From contig CAZCMD010000002.1 of NCBI GenBank assembly GCA_964499695.1, positions 5,423 to 69,422 of the forward strand: a stretch of 64,000 nucleotides of DNA, written 5' to 3'. Made by a program: the position numbers and the translations under genes. The stretch's first letter is position 1; each line of letters opens with the position of its first letter. This DNA comes from an uncultured Desulfatiglans sp. GTDB lineage: Bacteria > Desulfobacterota > DSM-4660 > Desulfatiglandales > HGW-15. Positions 29,052-37,371 of this stretch are shown here, one piece after another. Under the pieces are notes generated by a model. The model had not been told where the DNA came from. It searched no databases and saw nothing but the letters and a program-made list of their open reading frames with translations.

Positions 29052-29948
29052 ATGAGAGTAGCCAATAAATCTATATATGACGGCACCATAAGGAACCTCA
29101 GCATGACCTCATCAGGAATGGTTGAGGCAAATGAAACTGTATCAACAGCAAAGAGGATAAATAATCTTTCCGATGACCCTGTAGGCCTTGTTGCCGTGCT
29201 GGGACTGAGATCATCCCTGTCCAATCTCAATCAGATGGAAAGAAATATCTCCATGGGAAATTCATGGCTCAAGGCATCCGAGTCTGCGCTTACTCAGGTA
29301 AATAATATACTCACATCCACAAAGGAACTGACTGTTGCAATGAGCAGCGCAAACACCAATGCCTCGCAGAGAGCAAATAGTATGGATCTTGTTGACGGGT
29401 ATCTAAAAGAGATCATCTCTCTTTCAAACAGCACCACCGGAGGAAGGTACATCTTCGGAGGCACAAATACTGATACAATACCCTTTGAACTAGATACTGC
29501 CGGCACACAGGTTACATACGCAGGGAATGATACTGCCTTCTCAATAAATATCGGCAAGGACTCTGTCGTTCCGGTTGGGAGAGACGGCAAGGATGTGTTT
29601 GGCGAAGACTGGGATGATTCAAATATATTCAAGACTTTAGTTGACCTTAAGACAAGCCTTGGAAGCAATGATATAGCCGGCATACAGAATGCAATGACAA
29701 AACTTGACTCGCATGTAAAAAGCGTCAGTGCCACCATATCAGATATAGGTGGAAAAACAATAAGGCTTAATGTAAAACAAGAGGTAGTAACGGATCTCAA
29801 ACTCACAGATACTGAAAGGATGTCAGAACTTGAAGATGCTGATCTTGCAGCGGCAGTTATAAACCTTAAGTCAAAGGAGCTGGCATATAATGCGGCACTC
29901 TCTTCATCAGCAAAAATGATGGAGTTGAGCCTGGTTAATTTTATATAG
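29052..29948 (+). CDS. flgL: Flagellar hook-associated protein 3 FlgL
   Basis: Flagellin-like N- and C-termini (MRVANKSIYD…; …DLAAAVINLKSKELAYNAALSSSAKMMELSLVNFI). Confidence 0.85.
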   Translation: MRVANKSIYDGTIRNLSMTSSGMVEANETVSTAKRINNLSDDPVGLVAVLGLRSSLSNLNQMERNISMGNSWLKASESALTQVNNILTSTKELTVAMSSANTNASQRANSMDLVDGYLKEIISLSNSTTGGRYIFGGTNTDTIPFELDTAGTQVTYAGNDTAFSINIGKDSVVPVGRDGKDVFGEDWDDSNIFKTLVDLKTSLGSNDIAGIQNAMTKLDSHVKSVSATISDIGGKTIRLNVKQEVVTDLKLTDTERMSELEDADLAAAVINLKSKELAYNAALSSSAKMMELSLVNFI

Positions 29949-30026
29949 CTGCATTCTCGGGTATCTGAGTTTTTACTTAAGAGGATTATTAGATAAATTA
30001 TATTTCTGGAGCCATGGAGGGTACCA

Positions 30027-30266
30027 GTGCTTGTACTAACAAGAAAAGTGGATGAAAGTATAACAATAGGGCATTTTATCACCATATCGATCCTGGAGGT
30101 CAAAGGGAATCAGGTAAAACTGGGCATCAATGCGCCAAAAGATGTCCATATAAACAGGACCGAGATATATGAAAAGATCATGAGTGAAAATATAAAGGCA
30201 TCACAGACAGAGATCGATCTTGATAAATTCCTTAACTCTATTGAAACAGGTGAAAAAGGAAAGTAA
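30027..30266 (+). CDS. csrA: Carbon storage regulator CsrA (FliW-partnered type)
   Basis: [15 protein letters not shown]…[25 protein letters not shown] start with GGAGGG upstream. Confidence 0.95.
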   Translation: MLVLTRKVDESITIGHFITISILEVKGNQVKLGINAPKDVHINRTEIYEKIMSENIKASQTEIDLDKFLNSIETGEKGK

Positions 30267-30703
30267 TGAATATAAAAACTTCAAGATTTGGCGAGATAGA
30301 AATTGATAAAGAAAGGATTATCCAGTTTACTGATGGCCTGATTGGGTTTCCTGATGAAAAGGAATATATAGTCATGGAACACAGGAGTGATTCCCCTTTC
30401 ATGTGGCTCCAGTCTGTAAATAAGCCTGACCTGGCCTTTGTTATAATGAATCCTTTTCAGGTTTTTCCTGAATACCTGAAGGATATCCCGCAAGAAGAAG
30501 AAAATGCCCTGAAGCCGGACAATAATGAAACAGTAATGATATTTGCGATTGTCACCATACCAAATGGAAAGCCTCAAGAATCAACCTTAAACCTGATGGG
30601 GCCGGTTGTAATAGACCCTGTTACAAATAAAGGCAAACAGGTAATCCTTGCAAATTCGGGATACAGTCACCGGCACCCGATCATGTTTAAAACTGACAAG
30701 TAA
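30266..30703 (+). CDS. fliW: Flagellar assembly factor FliW (CsrA antagonist)
   Basis: …FGEIEIDKERIIQFTDGLIGFPDEKEYIVME…PFMWLQSV…FVIMNPF… The start overlaps the csrA stop. Confidence 0.9.
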   Translation: MNIKTSRFGEIEIDKERIIQFTDGLIGFPDEKEYIVMEHRSDSPFMWLQSVNKPDLAFVIMNPFQVFPEYLKDIPQEEENALKPDNNETVMIFAIVTIPNGKPQESTLNLMGPVVIDPVTNKGKQVILANSGYSHRHPIMFKTDK

Positions 30704-30758
30704 GAGAATATTTTTATCATTTTTTTATGGCAAAAGTAAAAATTACTGCATAATATCC

Positions 30759-30787
30759 TTGAAAAAATAGTACTTACGTATTATATT
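30759..30787 (+). promoter_or_regulatory. Sigma-70-type promoter candidate (TTGAAA-17 nt-TATATT)
   Basis: -35 TTGAAA at 30759-30764 and -10 TATATT at 30782-30787, about 30 nt upstream of the 74-codon ORF. Confidence 0.45.
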
Positions 30788-30818
30788 TTGTGTTACTTTT
30801 CTTAGTCAGGGTTCAGTA

Positions 30819-31043
30819 ATGAAAACAAATACGGGTCTTGCGATTATTCCGGTGAATTATGAGATCAAGCCTGTGAGGGGGATTTCCAGCAGAGCTATAG
30901 GCGCATATAATAATGATAAGGATAAACTTGTAAAACTCCCTTTTACTGACACAAAATATAACCGTGTTGGCAGCACCTATGGCAGGGCAGGCAATGAAAA
31001 GGATACCAGGGGCATGGGAGAAAATATTGACCTGTATGTATAG
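30819..31043 (+). CDS. Small Gly/Asn/Lys-rich hypothetical protein (74 aa), or a GGA-rich transcript
   Basis: ORF with its own promoter-like element. No family recognised. The RBS is weak. It contains several A(A/G)GGA motifs. Confidence 0.3.
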   Translation: MKTNTGLAIIPVNYEIKPVRGISSRAIGAYNNDKDKLVKLPFTDTKYNRVGSTYGRAGNEKDTRGMGENIDLYV

Positions 31044-31052
31044 CAACTGACC

Positions 31053-31769
31053 CTATTCATCAAAACCTCCCCTTTCCTTGAGCACCCTTCTCTGACAATA
31101 ATAGGTAAATTTTGTAAGTTCGTTCTGGTCATCCTTTTTTATTTCAAGGATCTTAAGTCCAAAATCCATTTTCCCTGTTTCCACATATTTTATCATTCTT
31201 ACAATCTCAGCAGAACCCATCTTGATATTAACAGAGTTTTCTTCCTCTTCATATAAAAGAGAGATGGCCAACAATTTTTCACCCTTGAACAGGATATCCT
31301 TATTATACCGGTTTAGATCAGCCTCTATCTGGATACCCTCTTCACTTATATTTGTAACCGTAAAGGTCATTTGAGTGTCAGCACATTTGCAGGATAACTT
31401 TACTCCTGAAGGGACAGGCACCCTGAAACAGTTACGTCTCTGTACCCTTTCTATGTATTCGGGAAAAGGGAACTTGATTCTTCTACCAAATATCCTGTCA
31501 ATGGTCGTCTTGAAACTGTACTGTATCTTTTCACTATCACTGAACTGGAAATAACATTTTTTACCTTCGGCAATAGGGGTAACAGAATCGGCGCTTCCGG
31601 GGTAATCAATGAAGAATCCCCTGTTTTCAGTATCAGACAGGCCCAGCACAATTGTCAGGCCATCGAAATTTGTACCCATCACATGTATGTTCAGTATGGT
31701 ATGATCCTGTTTTAATCTCTCAAGGATAGCAAGCATCTTTTTCCCGCTGATCTTCTCCGTTTCTTCCAT
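31053..31769 (-). CDS. PilZ-domain c-di-GMP receptor, YcgR-like flagellar brake architecture
   Basis: PilZ motifs QRRNCFR(VPV) and NISEEGIQI in the C-terminal half. The N-terminal half resembles a YcgR-N (PilZN) domain. Confidence 0.75.
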   Translation of the reverse strand: MEETEKISGKKMLAILERLKQDHTILNIHVMGTNFDGLTIVLGLSDTENRGFFIDYPGSADSVTPIAEGKKCYFQFSDSEKIQYSFKTTIDRIFGRRIKFPFPEYIERVQRRNCFRVPVPSGVKLSCKCADTQMTFTVTNISEEGIQIEADLNRYNKDILFKGEKLLAISLLYEEEENSVNIKMGSAEIVRMIKYVETGKMDFGLKILEIKKDDQNELTKFTYYCQRRVLKERGGFDE

Positions 31770-31816
31770 AACTGTACCCCATTAATTCCCTGCCCTGATC
31801 ATACATATCTTAGAGA

Positions 31817-31832
31817 TGCAATACCTGTGCCC
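31817..31832 (-). promoter_or_regulatory. Sigma-54 (-24/-12) promoter candidate for the PilZ gene
   Basis: The minus strand reads GGGCACAGGTATTGCAT against TGGCACG-N4-TTGCW with exact spacing. It lies about 45 nt upstream of the ATG at 31769. Confidence 0.55.
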
Positions 31833-31853
31833 TGCAATACTGATCCCGGGTGA

Positions 31854-32540
31854 TCAGGAAATGGTTCCATGATTTTTACCAGATTTCATTACCAAACGAT
31901 GTATGAATACATATGCTACAATTACTACTGCAATAAAAAGCAGAATCCATATGTAATGTTCTGCTATCATAGCCTTTCCGCTGTGAACCAGGTCACTGTA
32001 TGACATATCACCGGATAGACTCCCGAGATAATAGCCAACCCATAATAAAATTATAGACCATATACCAGCGCCAAGACCGGTAAATAATGTAAACTTCGCA
32101 AAAGGCATTCTAGCAATACCTGCGGGTATTGAGATCAACTGCCGAATAGCTGGAAGGAGACGGCATATAAATGTGGCAATCTCTCCATATTTTAAAAATA
32201 TCTCTTCCGACCTTGTAAGCACCACTGGTTTTAGAAAAAAGCATTTACCATAACAATAAAGAAAAGGCCTGCCCAGACGAATTGCCAGATAATAGTTTAT
32301 ATACGCCCCGGTAAGGGATCCGGCCAGACCGCATACAAACACAACAGCGATGTCAATACAGGGTTCACCGAAAAACAGCTCACCCCTATATGCCATGAAA
32401 CCAGCAGGGATCAAGACCACCTCACTCGGGAAGGGGATAAATGAGCTTTCTATGGTCATAAATATGAAGACCATTAGAAAACCCCATACATGTGCATATT
32501 GCACTGCCCATTCAATATGTCCTATTATTATCTCTGTCAT
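31854..32540 (-). CDS. dedA: DedA-family membrane protein
   Basis: …ESSFIPFPSEVVLIPAGF… and an overall DedA/SNARE-associated pattern. Confidence 0.8.
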   Translation of the reverse strand: MTEIIIGHIEWAVQYAHVWGFLMVFIFMTIESSFIPFPSEVVLIPAGFMAYRGELFFGEPCIDIAVVFVCGLAGSLTGAYINYYLAIRLGRPFLYCYGKCFFLKPVVLTRSEEIFLKYGEIATFICRLLPAIRQLISIPAGIARMPFAKFTLFTGLGAGIWSIILLWVGYYLGSLSGDMSYSDLVHSGKAMIAEHYIWILLFIAVVIVAYVFIHRLVMKSGKNHGTIS

Positions 32541-32550
32541 CTCTATTCAT

Positions 32551-34110
32551 TTACTCCGGCTGATGCTCATCCCTTATAAGATCAAAAACAGTTTTTACAG
32601 GACTGAAGGTTGCAGCAGGCACTTCAATAAAAACAGTATTCCAGAAAGCCATAGAGCCATTCCAGAGCCCGGGCAGTTCAAGTGCCTTCACTTCCCTGCC
32701 ATTCTGTGATTTTAAGGAAATAAAGCCTGCATCATTATCTACATACTCTCCCAGGTTATATGGATTCCCACAATAATCCCTAAGGCCGCATACAAGATCA
32801 ACCGGGTTAAAATGGGTTGCAGACTCAAATGCCTTTTTCTGATCCTTCTTATTCAGGTCTATCTGTGATGATTCGACTATTTGTATTGAGGTGCCTTTAC
32901 CTGTCTTTTCAACCCAGAATGGTCCGCCTCCAGGTTCACCTGCATTCTTTACCATCCCGCATACTCTTAACGGCCTGTTAAGAATACCAATAAGATATTC
33001 TCTTTGTATACTGACAGGACTCTCTGTTAATCCATTATCAGGTGTGATACAAAGGCGTTTTTGTAAATATGTGAATAGTGATTTTATATATTGATCATCA
33101 TGGTTACCCTCTATCAGGGTTTTTAAATGTCCGAATATTTCATTCTGAAGATAAATCAGGAAACCCCCGATGGCCTTTTTATACCTGGAGGTGATATCCT
33201 TAAACCTGTCATGGCTGACATTATCTATATTCTTGATAAAAACAATATCACCCTTAAGGTTTGAAAGATTTTCTATCAGGGCACCGTGGCCTCCAGGCCT
33301 GAAAACAAGGGCCCCATTTTCATCCCGGAATGGCATATTATCCATATCAACTGCGATTATATCTGTATGAGGCATCTGGCATGAATACCCTATTTCAAAT
33401 TTAGCCCCTTCCCTTTCATACTGGTCAAGGACAGAGTCAATGTATCCCCTTACCCGTGCCTCATGTTCAGGGGAGATGGTAAAATGAATCTTTACCCTGC
33501 CAGCCCTGTCATATGTATAATTGAATGCCTCAACAAGGTGCTCCTCAAATGGAGTTCTCGAATGGGTATCATACCTGTGAAACGGTATCAAACCCTTGGG
33601 GATATTGGGTAAGTTAAGGCCTTCATCAGACAGGAGGCAATCAAGTATCCGGCTGATATTTTGATCTTTAACAGCATCATCAATGTTAATGCCGTTTTCT
33701 TTCATTTTTATTTTAAGATCATCATAGAAGGCGTATCTTTTTAGATCACCTGTGAATGAAATGAGAGGTTTATGTCTTTCATCAGATAATATTTTTCCGA
33801 GATCATCCACATTTTTTATTTCGTTATAAACCTCAAGCAGATATTTAAACATCCTGCTGGCTGCCCCTGATGCAGGCACAAATTTCATGCACCTGCCCTG
33901 CTTCCGGGCAGTATCAAATGTACTGATATATTTTTCGATATCATTATTATCCAGGGTTGTAATGCCATCATTGATAGTACAGGGTCTTAAGATCTTTGTG
34001 AATGGTATCCCTTTTTTAAATATGTTAATTTGAGAGATAACCTTTTCAGGCGTCATCCCATGTGCGGATATCTGTGTAAGATCTGCTTTTGAGAACATTG
34101 ATGTATCCAT
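32551..34110 (-). CDS. DUF4301-family protein (nucleotide-sugar pyrophosphorylase-like fold)
   Basis: …KFVPASGAASRMFK… and …RPGGHGALI… motifs recalled from DUF4301/UDPGP-like proteins. 519 aa. Confidence 0.5.
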   Translation of the reverse strand: MDTSMFSKADLTQISAHGMTPEKVISQINIFKKGIPFTKILRPCTINDGITTLDNNDIEKYISTFDTARKQGRCMKFVPASGAASRMFKYLLEVYNEIKNVDDLGKILSDERHKPLISFTGDLKRYAFYDDLKIKMKENGINIDDAVKDQNISRILDCLLSDEGLNLPNIPKGLIPFHRYDTHSRTPFEEHLVEAFNYTYDRAGRVKIHFTISPEHEARVRGYIDSVLDQYEREGAKFEIGYSCQMPHTDIIAVDMDNMPFRDENGALVFRPGGHGALIENLSNLKGDIVFIKNIDNVSHDRFKDITSRYKKAIGGFLIYLQNEIFGHLKTLIEGNHDDQYIKSLFTYLQKRLCITPDNGLTESPVSIQREYLIGILNRPLRVCGMVKNAGEPGGGPFWVEKTGKGTSIQIVESSQIDLNKKDQKKAFESATHFNPVDLVCGLRDYCGNPYNLGEYVDNDAGFISLKSQNGREVKALELPGLWNGSMAFWNTVFIEVPAATFSPVKTVFDLIRDEHQPE

Positions 34111-34309
34111 AACCGTTCCGATAATTAGTAATTTACTCGTACAATAAAAGTAAACAGAGGATATTTTAAAGGAAGATTCATGTCAATATGATCTTGGGAA
34201 AGTTTCGCATTACTGTTATGTTTTTTAAAATTGCTTTTATTTCTTGTATAAAAGTAATTTGTCTCGCTGGCCTTAATAGAAAATGAGAATTTAATACTGA
34301 AATCTGCTC

Positions 34310-34347
34310 TTGACATAAGAATATTATTTGGTTATTTTACCAAATAA
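34310..34347 (+). promoter_or_regulatory. Sigma-70 promoter (TTGACA-17-TATTTT) with an overlapping 9-bp inverted repeat; probable ArsR operator
   Basis: TTGACA at 34310-34315 and TATTTT at 34333-34338. The inverted repeat TTATTTGGT-N6-ACCAAATAA at 34324-34347 straddles the -10. Confidence 0.6.
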
Positions 34348-34366
34348 ACAAACATGAGGTGACATA

Positions 34367-34690
34367 ATGAATCAGAAGAATAAATCTTTATACGAGGCAA
34401 AGTCCAGGGTTCTTAAGGCCCTTGCCCACCCCACACGGTTGTGGATGGCTGAAGAACTTTCAAAAGGGGAGCGATGCGTGTGTGAATTTGTCGAAGTTAT
34501 TGATGTTGATTTTTCCACCATTTCAAAGCATCTCACTGTTTTGAAGCAGGCAGGTATTGTGGAGGATGACAAACGCGGTAAACAGGTATTTTACCGCCTG
34601 AAGGTTCCCTGTGTTCTAAATTTCATGAGTTGTGTTGAGGCTGTAATTGAGTCACAGATCAAAACACAGAAAGGTCTGATCAAAAAATAA
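34367..34690 (+). CDS. arsR: ArsR/SmtB-family metalloregulator
   Basis: …LKALAHPTRLWMAEELSKGERCVCEFVEV… (wHTH with a CVC metal(loid) site). Confidence 0.85.
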   Translation: MNQKNKSLYEAKSRVLKALAHPTRLWMAEELSKGERCVCEFVEVIDVDFSTISKHLTVLKQAGIVEDDKRGKQVFYRLKVPCVLNFMSCVEAVIESQIKTQKGLIKK

Positions 34691-34786
34691 TTAACTATAG
34701 GGTATTCAGGTCGTAGGCATTTGGCGTTTCCAATCCTACACTATAAATAAAGTCAGATGTGAGAGTAAATAATTTTGAGGTAAATT

Positions 34787-36208
34787 ATGAAAAATAAAAA
34801 AGCTATATTTATGACGCTTTTCTCAATTATATCTATTGGTCTTACCGGGTGTGTAATGAAACCATCCACTGATGCCTATTATCCGATCCCGCTTAGTTAT
34901 CATACTGAACCAGATCAACCGCAAACAATAACAGCAAGATATCCTGCTGTATTAAATCCTGAAGGCATGATGCTTCCGGAAATTATCAAAATCGCACTGG
35001 AAAACAACTTTGAAATTGCTGTGTCAGTTCATGAATCCGATGCTTCTATGGCACGCATTGATCAGTCAAAAAGCGTAACCCGCCCTGTGTTAACAGCAGA
35101 GGGAGGATATTCGCTTTATCTGGATGATCAGCGTCTTATACCTGCAAGATCAAATGGTGACCCCGGGGCATTCAGCAATTCAATTTTTTCCGGGGATATG
35201 GTTGTAAGAATGCCTTTATATGCAGGAGGAAGATATGTAAATGCCATAAAGGCCGAAGAGCTGCTCGGAGATGCATCGGAATACAATGTGAACCGCATAA
35301 AAAATGAGGTTGTATTCAATGTTACAAGGGTTTTTTATAATATCCTTGCGCAGGATAAAATCCTTGAGTCATTGTCCTTCTCAAAGGATGCCCTTGAATC
35401 CCATATAAAGAGGGTTAACAATCTTATTGACCTGAAAAAGGCTGCAAAGGTTGATCTCTTACGCACAGAGGTAAGGCTTGCTGATATCAATCAACGTATT
35501 TTAGCGGAAAACAATACCCTGATGATACTTAAAAGGACACTGATAAACCTTATGGGGATTAACCCCGGAGAGGGGGAGGTCAAACTTAAAGGGGATTTTA
35601 CAGAAAACACTTATCAGCCATTTTCACCTGAAGAATCTCTCCAGACTGCTTTAGAGCAAAGACCTGATTATCTTGCTGCAAAAAAAATTCTCGAATCCCA
35701 GGCAAAAAAGGTTGATATGGCCAGGTCAGGCCATTACCCCTCCATTAATCTTTTCGGATCATACGGGGGACGATGGGCCGCAGGCGGAAGCGCCCAGGGT
35801 TCATCAGATGAATTTTCCGATACTGGGAAAATAGGCGTTGGCATAGAAGTGCCACTCTTTAACTGGGGCCGTGTTGACGCCCAGATAAGGGAAGAATACG
35901 CAAAACTTGAAGCATCACGAAAACGGCTTGATAAACTGAAGGATATGATACGTCTTGAAACAGAATCGGCCCTTTTGCTCTTTAATTCCATATCTGAGCG
36001 TATTCAGATGCTTAAAAAGGCGATTGAGCAGGCGCGTGAAGGACTGCGCATTGAACAGCAGAAATATGAGCTTGGAAAGGGTGTTATTGTTGATGTCCTT
36101 GATTCGCAGACCGCGCTGCTGGAATCGGAGACAAACTATTATATTGCACTTGGAGAGAGCCACGTCGCACTGGCACAGATCAATCTGGTTACTGGAGGAT
36201 TAAAATAA
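34787..36208 (+). CDS. TolC-family outer-membrane efflux lipoprotein
   Basis: Lipobox GLTGC. Duplicated OEP repeats. 473 aa. Confidence 0.85.
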   Translation: MKNKKAIFMTLFSIISIGLTGCVMKPSTDAYYPIPLSYHTEPDQPQTITARYPAVLNPEGMMLPEIIKIALENNFEIAVSVHESDASMARIDQSKSVTRPVLTAEGGYSLYLDDQRLIPARSNGDPGAFSNSIFSGDMVVRMPLYAGGRYVNAIKAEELLGDASEYNVNRIKNEVVFNVTRVFYNILAQDKILESLSFSKDALESHIKRVNNLIDLKKAAKVDLLRTEVRLADINQRILAENNTLMILKRTLINLMGINPGEGEVKLKGDFTENTYQPFSPEESLQTALEQRPDYLAAKKILESQAKKVDMARSGHYPSINLFGSYGGRWAAGGSAQGSSDEFSDTGKIGVGIEVPLFNWGRVDAQIREEYAKLEASRKRLDKLKDMIRLETESALLLFNSISERIQMLKKAIEQAREGLRIEQQKYELGKGVIVDVLDSQTALLESETNYYIALGESHVALAQINLVTGGLK

Positions 36209-37371
36209 TGATCAATTATTCTATGCATTTAAACAATAAAATAAAAACCTGTATCAGCTCACCTGGATTTTTGATAGCTCTTGCGATTATTATATTTTTA
36301 TCAGGGTGCGGAGAAAATAAAGAGGCTTCTGAATCAGCATCTGCAAAAAAAAACATACCCAGGGTAAAGGCCGTCAAGGTAGCGCCTTCATTTATCTCAA
36401 AAACAATAGAGCTGACAGGTTCGGTTGTTCCCTATCGTGTTGCGGCACTTTCGTCCCCTGCTGAAGGTCCGGTTGCAGGGCTTCGTGTGCGTGAAGGCGA
36501 TCGTGTTTCCGCTGGGGAGGTATTGCTTACAATCGGAAGAAAGATGGGGGTTGAGGCATCAATTGTTTCCCTCAGAGAAGAGTTGAAAAAAGAGGAGGAC
36601 AACCTTAAAAGGGTCCGCCAGCTTGTTGAAAGCGAAGCGATCCCCAGTGAACAGCTTGATCAGGCAAAGGCCGCTTATGAAAAGGTTCTGGCACTGCTTG
36701 TAAAGGCTGAAGAAACCGCCAACGATTATATTATAACAGCCCCCTGGCCAGGAGTGGTATCAAGTGTAAATGTCAAAGATGGCCAATTTGTTTCACCGCG
36801 TACTGCGCTTCTTGAGATATATGACCCTGCGAGCATGGTTATAAACACAGAGGTTCCGGAGGATTATTCAACTGAAATTATAAGAGGAATAGCGGTTGAG
36901 GTGAGGCTGGATGCCTATCCCGGAAAAATATTTAATGGAAAAATTGAGAGGGTTTACCCTTATCTGGACAGTCAAATGAGAACAAGGAGAGTGGAGGTAA
37001 ACATAGAAAAATCTGTCAACCTGCTTCCTGGCATGTTTGCCAGGTTGAAAGCAATGCTTGAAACATTTGAGGATGCGATCACAGTGCCTTCAGAGGCGTT
37101 GATCAATACAAAAAAAGGTATTACCGCCTTTGTGATAGAAGATAATAAGGCAGTATCAAGAATAGTCAGCACAGGTATTGAATCAGGTAATAGTGTGCAG
37201 ATCCTGTCTGGCATCAAAGCCGGTGATTCGGTCATTGTTTCGGGAAACGACAAACTCAAGGAGGGAATGGAAGTCGGGCTTATAAAAGATGAAAAGACCG
37301 GGGATAAAAAAGCACAGGAGTTAAGCGACATGCCAATGAAGAAAACAGGCGAGGGGGACGAGGACAAATGA
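36208..37371 (+). CDS. RND efflux periplasmic adaptor (MFP/HlyD family) lipoprotein
   Basis: Lipobox FLSGCG with lipoyl, coiled-coil and beta-barrel pattern. TAATG overlap with the upstream gene. Confidence 0.85.
   Translation: MINYSMHLNNKIKTCISSPGFLIALAIIIFLSGCGENKEASESASAKKNIPRVKAVKVAPSFISKTIELTGSVVPYRVAALSSPAEGPVAGLRVREGDRVSAGEVLLTIGRKMGVEASIVSLREELKKEEDNLKRVRQLVESEAIPSEQLDQAKAAYEKVLALLVKAEETANDYIITAPWPGVVSSVNVKDGQFVSPRTALLEIYDPASMVINTEVPEDYSTEIIRGIAVEVRLDAYPGKIFNGKIERVYPYLDSQMRTRRVEVNIEKSVNLLPGMFARLKAMLETFEDAITVPSEALINTKKGITAFVIEDNKAVSRIVSTGIESGNSVQILSGIKAGDSVIVSGNDKLKEGMEVGLIKDEKTGDKKAQELSDMPMKKTGEGDEDK

Noticed and set aside
30001-30026. Two GGA motifs (ctGGAgccatGGAgg) overlapping the csrA Shine-Dalgarno, considered as a CsrA autoregulatory site.
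   Set aside because: GGA is part of any SD sequence and the spacing (8 nt) is shorter than typical dual CsrA sites. This cannot be distinguished from chance by eye.
29294-30103. 269-aa minus-strand ORF opposite flgL/csrA, and similar long antisense ORFs at 38339-38932, 39884-40405, 45507-46007, 23033-23476, 11303-11644 and elsewhere.
   Set aside because: These are Ser/Leu/Ile-rich low-complexity 'shadow' frames lying entirely inside confidently identified genes on the other strand. They have no RBS and no family resemblance.
34125-34316. 63-aa minus-strand ORF in the DUF4301/arsR divergent region.
   Set aside because: It overlaps the arsR promoter and operator, is AT-rich with Lys/Asn/Phe-biased composition, and has no RBS. 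It is most likely non-coding.
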